From a virus, in the IMG/VR virus record IMGVR_UViG_3300042317_000390, positions 64,001-128,000 of that record: DNA of 64,000 bases; one strand, 5' to 3'. The notes beneath the pieces are model-generated. The model ran no database searches and was not told where the DNA came from. It saw only the letters and a program-made list of their open reading frames with translations. Below are positions 52,991 to 62,558 of the stretch, one piece after another. Position numbers and translations under genes: made by a program. Numbering within the stretch: position 1 is the stretch's first letter; the number at the start of each line of letters is the position of its first letter.

Positions 52991-54265
52991 ATGGCAGATA
53001 AAGATTTTATCGTTAAGAACGGTATAGTAGCCGGGGCAAATAATCTAACATTAGGAACTGCTTCTTATTTCGCTTCTAACGGTAACGTTGGCTTTGGTGA
53101 CGCAAATCCTTCCTACAAACTTTCAGTCACAGGCACATTCAACGCATCAGGTAATATCACACAGGGTGGAACAAGAGCTGTTCTTAACGATAGTGGTACA
53201 TGGTCTATTAGCGTTACTGGTAATGCTGGAACCTCTACAAAAGCATCTACTTTAGCACAGAGCGGTGGTTCTGGTGCAGCTATGACATTTAACTGGTCTG
53301 GTCAGTCAGGTCAGCCATCATGGCTTTGGGGTTCAAATGATGGTACAAATATTTACGTTTATAATCCATCAAACTTTAATGTAAATTCTGCTTCATATTC
53401 AACATCGTCCGGCAGTGCTAGTAGTGCTACAAATGCTACAAACCTAACTGGTGGAACTCTTACCGCATCTTCTGGAACAATTAACGGAAATCTAACTGTA
53501 GCAGCTGGTGATTTATATTGCTATCGTTCTGGTGGAGCTTCCGGTGTATTGTTTTTAAATAGTGCCGGTAATAGATATGTTTATTATGATGGTACTAGTT
53601 ATTATATGCCAGGAGCTGAACTATATGTTAATGGAACACAAGTTGTTAAAAACAGTGGTACGTGGTCTATTAGCGTTACTGGTACATCAGGTGGCGTAGC
53701 TTGGACTAATGTATCTGGAAGACCAACAAACCTTTCCTCTTTCACTAACGATCTTGGTAACTACGGTAGCTGGATTACAGCTTCTGGTACATTAACTGGT
53801 CCAGTTAGTAGCGGTTCTTTCTGTTATACGACTCAGGGTCTTGGTGTTGGTACTTCTTATAACCAAGGTGCAGGTTATATTAACGCTACACAGAATATTA
53901 CCGCTTTCTATTCTGACGAAAGATTGAAAGAAAATATTACAGTAATTAAAGACGCACTAGCTAAGATTAAACAAATTTCAGGTGTTTTATACAACAGTAA
54001 CGATCTTGCCGCATCTTTTGGTTACACAGATAAAAGCGAACAGGTTGGTGTTCTTGCCGGACAAATCAAGAAAGTTCTTCCACAAGTCGTTAAGCCAGCA
54101 CCATTTGACTTAGCAAACGATAAAGATGGTAATACTATTTCTAAGACCGGTGAACATTATATGACAGTTCAATACGAGAAAATCGTTCCTCTGTTAATTG
54201 AAGGTATCAAAGAATTAACAGCTAAAGTTGAAGAATTAGAATCTAAACTAACAGAGGGCAAGTAA
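52991..54265 (+). CDS. Tail fibre with C-terminal peptidase S74 intramolecular chaperone
   Basis: DF.VKNG N-terminus, SDERLKENI...V.YEK.VPLLIE.IKEL coiled-coil end. Confidence 0.85.
   Translation: MADKDFIVKNGIVAGANNLTLGTASYFASNGNVGFGDANPSYKLSVTGTFNASGNITQGGTRAVLNDSGTWSISVTGNAGTSTKASTLAQSGGSGAAMTFNWSGQSGQPSWLWGSNDGTNIYVYNPSNFNVNSASYSTSSGSASSATNATNLTGGTLTASSGTINGNLTVAAGDLYCYRSGGASGVLFLNSAGNRYVYYDGTSYYMPGAELYVNGTQVVKNSGTWSISVTGTSGGVAWTNVSGRPTNLSSFTNDLGNYGSWITASGTLTGPVSSGSFCYTTQGLGVGTSYNQGAGYINATQNITAFYSDERLKENITVIKDALAKIKQISGVLYNSNDLAASFGYTDKSEQVGVLAGQIKKVLPQVVKPAPFDLANDKDGNTISKTGEHYMTVQYEKIVPLLIEGIKELTAKVEELESKLTEGK
53192..53684 (+). repeat. 31-nt direct repeat (53192-53222 and 53654-53684, one mismatch) in the fibre gene
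   Basis: AGTGGTAC(A/G)TGGTCTATTAGCGTTACTGGTA, encoding SGTWSISVTG twice. Confidence 0.85.
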
Positions 54266-54266
54266 T

Positions 54267-55007
54267 ATGTCAGTGCCAACTTCTAGATCTGAATTCGCAG
54301 AGTATTGCCTAAGAAAATTAGGTAAACCAGTTATTGAAATTAACGTAGACGATGATCAGGTTTCTGATCGTATTGATGAAGCATTACGTTACTACTGGGA
54401 TTATCACTTTGATGGTTCAGAGAAAACCTATTATAAAAAGATAGTTGACTCCACCGATATATCAAACAGATATATCACTATGCCAGATAATATTATTGGC
54501 GTTGTTAATATATTCGATCTAGGATCAGCTTTAGGTCTTAATAACCTATTCAATATTCGTTATCAGATCGCATTAAACGATCTTTATACCCTAACATCAG
54601 TCTCTATGGTTCCATATTATATGGCTATGAGTCATGTTCAATTCCTTGAGCAGATGTTAATTGGCAAGCAACCACTAAGATATAACCGTCATATGAATAA
54701 GCTTTATATTGATATGTCATGGGATCAGATTTCTCCCGGTAACTATATTATAGTAGAAGCATATCAAGTTGTTGATCCAGACGTTTATACGAAGGCTTGG
54801 GGAGATCGTTGGTTACAGCGTTATGCTTCTTGCCTAATTAAACAACAGTGGGGTCAAAATCTTAAAAAGTTCGAAGGTATGAAAATGCCAGGTGGACTAA
54901 CCTTTAACGGTCAAAAGATTTATGACGAAGCTACCACCGAAAGAGCTGATCTTGAGAGAGAAATGATTTACACATACAGCTTGCCTGCAACCGATATGAT
55001 AGGTTAG
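54267..55007 (+). CDS. 13: Neck protein gp13
   Basis: YCLRKLG.PVIEINV..DQ..DRIDEA, K.QWG.NL.KF.G..MPGG.T.NG. Confidence 0.95.
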   Translation: MSVPTSRSEFAEYCLRKLGKPVIEINVDDDQVSDRIDEALRYYWDYHFDGSEKTYYKKIVDSTDISNRYITMPDNIIGVVNIFDLGSALGLNNLFNIRYQIALNDLYTLTSVSMVPYYMAMSHVQFLEQMLIGKQPLRYNRHMNKLYIDMSWDQISPGNYIIVEAYQVVDPDVYTKAWGDRWLQRYASCLIKQQWGQNLKKFEGMKMPGGLTFNGQKIYDEATTERADLEREMIYTYSLPATDMIG

Positions 55008-55017
55008 GACGGACTCG

Positions 55018-55605
55018 ATGGAAGCTTTCGTTTATTGTTGGACGGATAAAAAAACAAATATGTTATATGTTGGTTCTCATAAAGGATCAACTGATGATGG
55101 ATATATTTGTTCCAGCAAGTATATGATGGAAGAGTATAACAAACGTCCTAAAGATTTTAGTAGACAGATTATCGCTGAAGGTGATTTGTCTGATATGAGA
55201 AAGTTTGAAACTAAAATACTTCAAGCTGTGAACGCCAGACTTGATGAACAGTTTTATAACATGCACAATAACAATGGTTGTTATATTTTAAAACGTCACA
55301 CAGAGTCAACAAAAAGAAAAATCAGCGAAAGCGAAAAGGGTAAAGTTGTATCCCAAAAATCAAGACTTAAAATGAAAAATAGTAAAATTGGTTTCAAAAA
55401 CAATAGATGGGGAACACCCCATAACGAAGAAACTAAAAGAAAAATGTCGTTATCGGCGCAAGGAAGAAAGTTCAAAGAAGAACATAAATATAAACTATCG
55501 CAAGCTAAATTAGGGAAAAGTTGGTTCCATAATCCTAACAATAACTCAAGCGGTTTATATTTTCCAGGAACGGAACCAGAAGGCTGGATTAAAGGAAGAA
55601 AATAA
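55018..55605 (+). mobile_element. Free-standing GIY-YIG homing endonuclease (Seg-like) with NUMOD3-type repeats
   Basis: FVY.W......YVGSHKG..DDGY..SS, FYN, HTE.TKRKIS / HNEETKRKMS repeats, GW.KGR end. Inserted between gp13 and gp14. Confidence 0.88.
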
Positions 55606-56333
55606 TGTCAGGCAGTACCAATTTTTTCTTTAATAATTTCCAAGCCAGCCAAGAACAGTTTCTTTTAGAAAATTTGATTATAGAGTCAATTTCTATTTAC
55701 GGCCATGACGTTCAATATATACCCAGAAAACTGAACAATTATGACGATGTATACGGAGCAGATGACCAATCTTCGTATGATGTTGCATATCCTATAGCAA
55801 TGTATATTGAGTCCGTAGATGGGTTTACCGGAGATGGTGATTTTTTATCTAAGTTCGGCGTTGAGATTAGAAATCAAGTTACTTTTTCTGTTGCTCAGAG
55901 AATATTTGCTGAAGAGGTAGGAAATAACACAACACAAGTAAGACCCAACGAAGGAGATTTAATTTATTTTCCTCTTAATGGTAAATGCTTTCAGATCAAA
56001 TATGTTGAAAAATTCCAGATGTTTTATCCTCTGGGTAAATTGTATACTTGGAAAATGGTTTGTGAACTATTCGAGTATTCAGGCGAAAGAATGAATACTG
56101 GTATACCTGAAATAGATAGTCTTGAGAAGAAACTAAGCACTAATATTCTAGATTGGTTAATTGAAACCGAAACGTCTGATGGTATCTTAACAGAAGACGA
56201 TGAATATCTAGTTCTTGAAAATTCATCTATGTCAGATCTAGTTCCAGCAGCTGATAACGATGAGATTCAAAGGGAGTCTGATTTATTCGTTGATTTCTCT
56301 TCAATAGATCCATTTAGCGAAGGGAACATTTAA
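55605..56333 (+). CDS. 14: Neck protein gp14
   Basis: EQ.L.E.L..ESI...G....Y.PR, SKFG....., RP.EGDLIYFP, CELF.YS.E. Confidence 0.95.
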   Translation: MSGSTNFFFNNFQASQEQFLLENLIIESISIYGHDVQYIPRKLNNYDDVYGADDQSSYDVAYPIAMYIESVDGFTGDGDFLSKFGVEIRNQVTFSVAQRIFAEEVGNNTTQVRPNEGDLIYFPLNGKCFQIKYVEKFQMFYPLGKLYTWKMVCELFEYSGERMNTGIPEIDSLEKKLSTNILDWLIETETSDGILTEDDEYLVLENSSMSDLVPAADNDEIQRESDLFVDFSSIDPFSEGNI

Positions 56334-57193
56334 TGTTTAATCAAACATTCTATTTCAGTCTTATTCGTAAATATGTTATTCTTATGGGAACGCTACTGAA
56401 TAATATCCGTATCACTAGAACGGATAAAGATGGCAATGTTACATCGTTATTAAGAGTTCCTGTAACGTATGCGGCTAAAGATAAGATGCTTGCTCGTGTT
56501 ATGCAAGATCCTGGAATTGATAGACCATCAGCGACAACACCACTTCCTATGATCTCATTCGAAATGGGAAAGATGTCATATGATGGTTCTAGAAAGTTAA
56601 ACACAGTCGGTAAAAGTTCATATAGAAGCGATACCGATGCTAGTAAATTTAAATACCAATATAATCCAGTCCCATATAATATAAATTTCAAGGCGTTCGT
56701 TTACGCTAAGAATGTTGAGGATGGAACTAAGATCATAGAACAAATTCTACCTTATTTCACTCCAGACTGGACTACAACCGTAAATCTAATTCCAGAAGTT
56801 GAAGTTAAGATTGACATCCCAATCGTTCTAAATAATATTGGTTATAGTGATAACTATGACGGTGAATTTAAGGATAGAAGGGCTATTATTTGGGAATTAG
56901 ATTTCACACTGAAAGGATACATCTATGGTCCAGTTAAGTCTTCTGGTATTATTAAGTTTGTTAAAACTAACTTCTACATTCCAGCAACAAACACAGCCGT
57001 TGAAGGTAGAGGTATCACGCCGATTGCAGAGAGAGTCACGGTACAACCAGGATTAGACGCTAACGGTAATCCAATAAATTACTATGGCGCTCCTAATACG
57101 AGTATAGATACTTTACCATATGTAGAAATAGACGCTGAAGATGATTATGGCTTTATTACTATGATATATGAAGAAGATGAGGTAAATGACTGA
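56333..57193 (+). CDS. 15: Tail sheath stabiliser/terminator gp15
   Basis: FY...IRKY...G.L, VP..Y..K.K, LP..SFE, PVPY, I.EQILPYF.P. Confidence 0.95.
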   Translation: MFNQTFYFSLIRKYVILMGTLLNNIRITRTDKDGNVTSLLRVPVTYAAKDKMLARVMQDPGIDRPSATTPLPMISFEMGKMSYDGSRKLNTVGKSSYRSDTDASKFKYQYNPVPYNINFKAFVYAKNVEDGTKIIEQILPYFTPDWTTTVNLIPEVEVKIDIPIVLNNIGYSDNYDGEFKDRRAIIWELDFTLKGYIYGPVKSSGIIKFVKTNFYIPATNTAVEGRGITPIAERVTVQPGLDANGNPINYYGAPNTSIDTLPYVEIDAEDDYGFITMIYEEDEVND

Positions 57194-57605
57194 AAAAGAT
57201 AATGACCCTATGGGTAAAGCTCTAGGGCTACCTGCTCTAGAGTTTGAAAAAACTATAGATAACATGTTAGCGAAAGCTCATGACGATAGTGCTAGAAACG
57301 ATTTCGAGGCAGCTAGATCCAATTTGTATGAAGTAATACAAAGTGGTAAAGAGGCCATGGATAAGTTAGGTCAAATAGCTGCATCTTCCCAACATCCACG
57401 AGCGTTTGAAGTTCTATCTAAAATGATGGAAACTATGATTCAAGCTAACAAAGATCTGTTGGAACTTCAAACTAAAATAAGAGAAATAGATGTAGCTGAT
57501 GCACCAACCAATGAAAAGGCTAAGACTATTAACAATAATCTTTTCGTTGGCTCAACTGCTGAATTACAAAAAATGATCAAGGATATGAATACTAAGAATG
57601 ACTAA
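57186..57605 (+). CDS. 16: Terminase small subunit gp16
   Basis: D.E.AR.NL, HPRA.EV, NNLFVGST.ELQK. Confidence 0.95.
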   Translation: MTEKDNDPMGKALGLPALEFEKTIDNMLAKAHDDSARNDFEAARSNLYEVIQSGKEAMDKLGQIAASSQHPRAFEVLSKMMETMIQANKDLLELQTKIREIDVADAPTNEKAKTINNNLFVGSTAELQKMIKDMNTKND

Positions 57606-59244
57606 TAGCGATGCTGGTTATAAGGGTAATGTTAATCTAAAGAGATCAAATCAAAATATAGAATGGACTCCTGATCTCGTTCAAGAATACGTCAAGTGTT
57701 CTCAAGACCCCGTATACTTCACAGAAACCTATATGAAAATCATCAACGTCGATGAAGGTCTAACGAGCTTCAAGTTGTATGATTACCAGAAGAATATGGT
57801 TAAATCCTTCAAGGACAATCGTTATAGTATTGTAACTACCGCTCGACAGGCTGGTAAATCTACCACGACTTGTGCTTTTATTCTTTGGTATATTATTTTC
57901 AATCCAGATAAAGTTGTTGCTCTACTAGCCAACAAGGGTGATACGGCCAGAGAAATTCTAGGTCGTGTTCAGCTTGCATATCAGCATCTGCCTAAATGGT
58001 TACAACAGGGCGTTGTTGAATGGAACAAAGGATCGTTCGTTCTCGAAAATAACAGCCGTGTTATCGCTGCTGCTACTTCTGCCAGCGCCATCCGTGGTTT
58101 CTCTATTAACCTACTATTCATCGATGAGGCAGCGTTTATTGAAAACTGGGATGAATTCTTTACATCAGTTTATCCTACAATTTCATCAGGCACAGAATCA
58201 AAGATTATTCTAGTTTCTACCCCGAATGGGTTGAATCACTTCTATGCCACTTGGATTAACGCTATTGAAAATAAGAATGGTTACAGCCCTATTCTAGTTA
58301 ACTGGAAAGAGGTTCCAGGCAGAGACGAAGAATGGAGGAAAAGTACCATTGCAGGTATGAACTTCGATGTTGAGAAGTTCGATCAGGAATATAACTGTGA
58401 GTTTCTAGGATCTTCTGGTACACTGATTGCTGGTTGGAAACTCAAAGAATTAGTTCACCAAGCACCAATGGTCGAACGTGATGGCATGATTCAATATATT
58501 AAGCCAGAAGAAGGTCATGTGTATATTATGGTATGTGACGTTTCTCGTGGTAAGGGTCTGGACTATTCGGCATTTCAGTTATTAGATGTGACCAAGATGC
58601 CATACAATCAAGTTTGTGTATTCAGAAATAATGCTGTTGCACCGGTAGATTATGCTGATATTATTCACAGAACAGCTAAAGCATATAACAATGCATCAGT
58701 TCTTGTTGAAGTGAATGATATTGGTGAGCAGGTAGCTCACACTCTACAATATGATTTTTCTTATGAAAACGTTCTATTCACAGAGAACGCAGGTAGATCA
58801 GGTAAAAGAATTACAGGTGGTTTTGCATCAGGCGGTAAGATCGACAAGGGTATTAGAACCACAAAGATTGTGAAGTCTGTTGGTTGTTCAATTTTGAAAC
58901 TTCTTGTTGAACAGAACCAACTAGTGTTAAACGACTTCCACACAATAAATGAGCTTTCGACGTTTTCTAAGAAGGGAACTTCTTATGAGGCTGAACCAGG
59001 CAAGCACGACGATATGGTAATGTGTCTCGTTTTGTTTGCTTGGCTTTCAGACCAGCAATACTTCAAAGACTACACTGACATTAATACTTTGATGTCTCTA
59101 AGGGAAAAAACAGAGGAAGATATGGAGCAGGACATGGCTCCTTTCGGATTCGTGGATAATGGAAGAGACGATGAATTTGTAGAAGAAGACTATGAAAAGT
59201 ATGTAGCTGACAGCTGGATTTGGAGCAATCCTCAAGATTTCTAA
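57598..59244 (+). CDS. 17: Terminase large subunit gp17
   Basis: Walker A RQAGKST, Walker B FIDEAAF, STPNG.N.F, nuclease DVSRG..DYS and HDD.VM. Confidence 0.98.
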   Translation: MTNSDAGYKGNVNLKRSNQNIEWTPDLVQEYVKCSQDPVYFTETYMKIINVDEGLTSFKLYDYQKNMVKSFKDNRYSIVTTARQAGKSTTTCAFILWYIIFNPDKVVALLANKGDTAREILGRVQLAYQHLPKWLQQGVVEWNKGSFVLENNSRVIAAATSASAIRGFSINLLFIDEAAFIENWDEFFTSVYPTISSGTESKIILVSTPNGLNHFYATWINAIENKNGYSPILVNWKEVPGRDEEWRKSTIAGMNFDVEKFDQEYNCEFLGSSGTLIAGWKLKELVHQAPMVERDGMIQYIKPEEGHVYIMVCDVSRGKGLDYSAFQLLDVTKMPYNQVCVFRNNAVAPVDYADIIHRTAKAYNNASVLVEVNDIGEQVAHTLQYDFSYENVLFTENAGRSGKRITGGFASGGKIDKGIRTTKIVKSVGCSILKLLVEQNQLVLNDFHTINELSTFSKKGTSYEAEPGKHDDMVMCLVLFAWLSDQQYFKDYTDINTLMSLREKTEEDMEQDMAPFGFVDNGRDDEFVEEDYEKYVADSWIWSNPQDF

Positions 59245-59256
59245 GAAAGCCTATTT

Positions 59257-59264
59257 TATAAATA
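59257..59264 (+). promoter_or_regulatory. Late promoter TATAAATA for the sheath gene
   Basis: Exact consensus in the 17-18 intergenic region. Confidence 0.8.
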
Positions 59265-59312
59265 TAAAAAATGTTTAAAACATAAGTTCTCGCATAAAGG
59301 GAGATAATAAAA

Positions 59313-61850
59313 ATGGCTTTTCAACTATCACCAGGGGTTAATGTATCAGAAATCGATCTAACAACGGTCGTTCCTGCTGTAGCCACTTCAGACGGTGCCT
59401 TTGCTGGCGTATTCCGTTGGGGTCCAGTAGGAGAGAGAGTTCTCGTTGATTCTGAGAATACTCTAGTTTCAAGATTTGCTAAACCTTCAAATTTTAATGC
59501 TGAAACGTTCTTCACGGCAGCTAACTTCTTATCATATTCAAACCGTCTATATATTTCACGTGCTGCTGACACAACTGGTGCAACTCCAGTAGCTTCAGGC
59601 AACACTTCTGGCGCCAACAGCATCATCCAGATTGGTGATACTTCAGCCATTTCTGTTGGCATGTATCTAGTTACAGTTAGCAACACTGCAGCTATGAATC
59701 TTGTTTCAACGGTTTCTGTTCTAACAAAGAATTCAACTCACGTTACTCTTTCACAGAACACCACTGCTACATCAGCAAACGTAAGCTATTATTTTGCTCG
59801 TCCAGAAACAGCATATACCGCAGTTGGCTTCGATCCATCAAGCGCCTCCGCTTATGTTGCAAATCTAGTTAATCAGATCGTAAAGAACGAAAACGACTAT
59901 ACTGCAAAGGATGGTAATTTCGATTCTGACCTCATGTATGTTGCAAAGTATCCAGGTGATCTTGGTAACTCACTAAGAATCGGTGTTTGCGATACAGCTA
60001 ATAGCTATTCTTCAAACCTAGCAGCCACTGGCACAAAGGTTGAATTTAGAGTTGGTGCTAATTCTGCAACAGTTAAGTTCGTAGGTACAACCAACGCTGC
60101 AGCCGCTACTCTTGCTTCAGGTATTACTGTAGGCGATCAGATCCTAGCTGGTAACAGCACGATTGGTCTTCAGTATCTACAGGTAATAAGCGTAGAAGTT
60201 GGTTCAAATAGCTCATTCGTTAACACAGCCAGTCTAACGTTCGATGGTAATACAGCCATTAACAGCAACCTAAACTTCATCACACTTACAGGTAATCCAT
60301 ATACCAACGGTGACGTTATCGTTTATGCCAATACAACAGCACCAGCCGTTTCTGGTCTAGTTGGTGGTACAAACTATCACGTAGTTCAGGCTAACTCAAT
60401 TGGCTTCAAACTAGCCACTACTGCATTCGGTGACGAACTAGATATTGCTGCAACCCCAGGTTCACTTGGTTCTTTCGCAGCTAATACTAACGTCCTAAGA
60501 ATTAACTTTGAAGATCCATTCAGACTTCGTACCAATTATACATCAGATACAGTTGATCGTAATTGGGAGTTCTTCAACGTTGTTGATTCTGCTCCAGGTC
60601 AGTCTGATTACGTTCTCTATAACGGTAATACAGCTGCTCAGGACGAAGTACACGTAGTAGTCGTTGATAACGATGGTGGTTTCAGTGGTACACCAGGCAC
60701 CATTCTTGAAGTCTATAAGGGTCTTTCAAGAGCTACAGACGCTAAGAACAACGATGGTACAGGCAATTACTATAAAGACGTTATCAATCAGTCATCAAAG
60801 TATGTCTGGTGGGCTAACGACCGTAGCGTTGCTCCATCTGCAACTGCTCTAAATGTTGCTTCTTCAACCGCTACAGCACCAGCTGATATCAATCTAGTAT
60901 ATGGTACAGACGGTCTAAGCGAAAACGATGCAACTCTAGCAGTTCTAGGTTCTGCTTACGATCTATTCACATCAGCAGAAGATATTGATATTTCTCTAGT
61001 TCTACAGGGTAAGCCAATCGGTGGAACCACAGTAGTTAACGGAACAACAGTATCTAACTTCATGCTAGCAAACTATATCATTGATAATATCTGCGAAACA
61101 AGAAGAGATTGTATTGCTCTACTATCACCAGATAAGTCAACTGTTATCAATAACTCTGGTGCAGAAGCTCTAACCGTTAAGGCTTGGAGAGGCGCTGTCC
61201 ATAGTTCATCCTATGCAGTTCTTGACTCTGGTTATAAGTATCAGTATGATAAGTATAACGATCTTTACCGTTGGGTTCCACTAAACGGCGATATTGCCGG
61301 TCTATGTGTTAGAACAGATAGCACAAACGACGCTTGGTGGTCACCAGCTGGTTTCAACCGTGGTCAGATCAAGAATCTCGTTAAGCTTGCTTGGAATCCA
61401 CGCAAGTCTGAAAGAGACGTTCTATTCAGCAACGGTATTAACCCAGTTGTAACATTCCCAGGTCAGGGAACGGTTCTTTATGGCGATAAGACTCTACAGG
61501 CAAAACCATCTGCATTCGATCATATCAATGTTCGCAGATTGTTCATTGTCCTAGAGAAAGCTATCTCCACAGCTGCTAAGTATCAGTTATTCGACTTCAA
61601 CGATGCTTTCACAAGAGCACAGTTCAGAAATCTAGTAACTCCATATCTACGCACGATCAAGGGTCGTCGTGGTATCACAGACTTCTATGTTGTCTGCGAT
61701 GATACTAATAATACACCTGCGATTGTTGATAGCAATCAGTTCGTCGGTGATATCTATATTAAACCTTCGAGAAGTATTAACTTCATCCAGCTAAACTTCA
61801 TTGCTGTACCCACCGGTGTACAATTCTCTGAAGTAGTTGGTAAGTTCTAA
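59313..61850 (+). CDS. 18: Tail sheath protein gp18 (enlarged, 845 aa)
   Basis: LSPGV.V.E.DLT, F.WGP, W.SPAGFNRG, INVRRLF, KP.RSINFI.LNF.A. Confidence 0.97.
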   Translation: MAFQLSPGVNVSEIDLTTVVPAVATSDGAFAGVFRWGPVGERVLVDSENTLVSRFAKPSNFNAETFFTAANFLSYSNRLYISRAADTTGATPVASGNTSGANSIIQIGDTSAISVGMYLVTVSNTAAMNLVSTVSVLTKNSTHVTLSQNTTATSANVSYYFARPETAYTAVGFDPSSASAYVANLVNQIVKNENDYTAKDGNFDSDLMYVAKYPGDLGNSLRIGVCDTANSYSSNLAATGTKVEFRVGANSATVKFVGTTNAAAATLASGITVGDQILAGNSTIGLQYLQVISVEVGSNSSFVNTASLTFDGNTAINSNLNFITLTGNPYTNGDVIVYANTTAPAVSGLVGGTNYHVVQANSIGFKLATTAFGDELDIAATPGSLGSFAANTNVLRINFEDPFRLRTNYTSDTVDRNWEFFNVVDSAPGQSDYVLYNGNTAAQDEVHVVVVDNDGGFSGTPGTILEVYKGLSRATDAKNNDGTGNYYKDVINQSSKYVWWANDRSVAPSATALNVASSTATAPADINLVYGTDGLSENDATLAVLGSAYDLFTSAEDIDISLVLQGKPIGGTTVVNGTTVSNFMLANYIIDNICETRRDCIALLSPDKSTVINNSGAEALTVKAWRGAVHSSSYAVLDSGYKYQYDKYNDLYRWVPLNGDIAGLCVRTDSTNDAWWSPAGFNRGQIKNLVKLAWNPRKSERDVLFSNGINPVVTFPGQGTVLYGDKTLQAKPSAFDHINVRRLFIVLEKAISTAAKYQLFDFNDAFTRAQFRNLVTPYLRTIKGRRGITDFYVVCDDTNNTPAIVDSNQFVGDIYIKPSRSINFIQLNFIAVPTGVQFSEVVGKF

Positions 61851-61885
61851 TAAATAAGAATAAAAACTCAAAAGGAGTAATATAG

Positions 61886-62497
61886 ATGCCCTTTAATATT
61901 AATAGTTTCAAAGCAAATGGTCTGACATATGGAGGTGCCAGACCATCCCTATTCCAAGTAGTCGTAACTCCTCCACCAGCGATTCCTGTTAACCCAATCG
62001 CTCTTAGCAAGTTTGTATTTACTTGTAAGGCAGCTGAGTTACCAGAATCAACGATTTCTAATATCGAAGTTCCATATTTCGGTAGAAAGATCAAGGTTGC
62101 TGGTGAAAGAAGCTACGCTGATTGGTCAATCACAGTAATGAACGATGAGGACTTCTCAGTTCGTTCAATGTTCGAAGCTTGGATGAACGGTATTAACACT
62201 GTTCAGTCAAACATTCGTCTACCAGAAGCATCAGCTGAAGGCTATAAGGCTCTCGCAGTTGACGTTACGCAGTTTGGTAAAGACGGTGCTATTCTTCGTA
62301 CATGTCAGTTAGTTGGTGCATTCCCAACTCAGGTTAGCGGTATTTCACTAGGTTGGGATACAGCTAATGCAGTTGAAGAGTTCACAGTTAACTTCTCATA
62401 CGATTATTGGCTACCAATCATTGAAGACGCTTCACTCCAGACAGCTGGTAAGGTTACACCATACCTTGGCGAAACTGAAGTTGGCCCAGTATTCTAA
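61886..62497 (+). CDS. 19: Tail tube protein gp19
   Basis: GGARP.LF.V, CKAA.LP, V.YFGR.IK.AG.R, W..TV.NDEDF, EEF.V.F.YDYW. AATAAATA lies upstream at 61849. Confidence 0.97.
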   Translation: MPFNINSFKANGLTYGGARPSLFQVVVTPPPAIPVNPIALSKFVFTCKAAELPESTISNIEVPYFGRKIKVAGERSYADWSITVMNDEDFSVRSMFEAWMNGINTVQSNIRLPEASAEGYKALAVDVTQFGKDGAILRTCQLVGAFPTQVSGISLGWDTANAVEEFTVNFSYDYWLPIIEDASLQTAGKVTPYLGETEVGPVF

Positions 62498-62558
62498 TAC
62501 TAAGTATTATATAATTGTGGGGGGAGAGTTTTTCTCCCTCCAATATTTGGAGATTTAA

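Noticed and set aside
35736-54265. Diversity-generating retroelement or shufflon acting on fibre tips
   Set aside because: I saw no reverse transcriptase, no invertase, no TR/VR pair differing only at adenines and no inverted cassettes. The repeats found are coding and differ at synonymous sites.
55008-55605. Group I intron housing the GIY-YIG ORF
   Set aside because: gp13 and gp14 are both intact, and there is no flanking non-coding sequence for a ribozyme core.
335-62558. Numerous short alternative-frame and antisense ORFs in the track
   Set aside because: They are nested in well-supported genes and look like codon-bias shadows with no RBS support.
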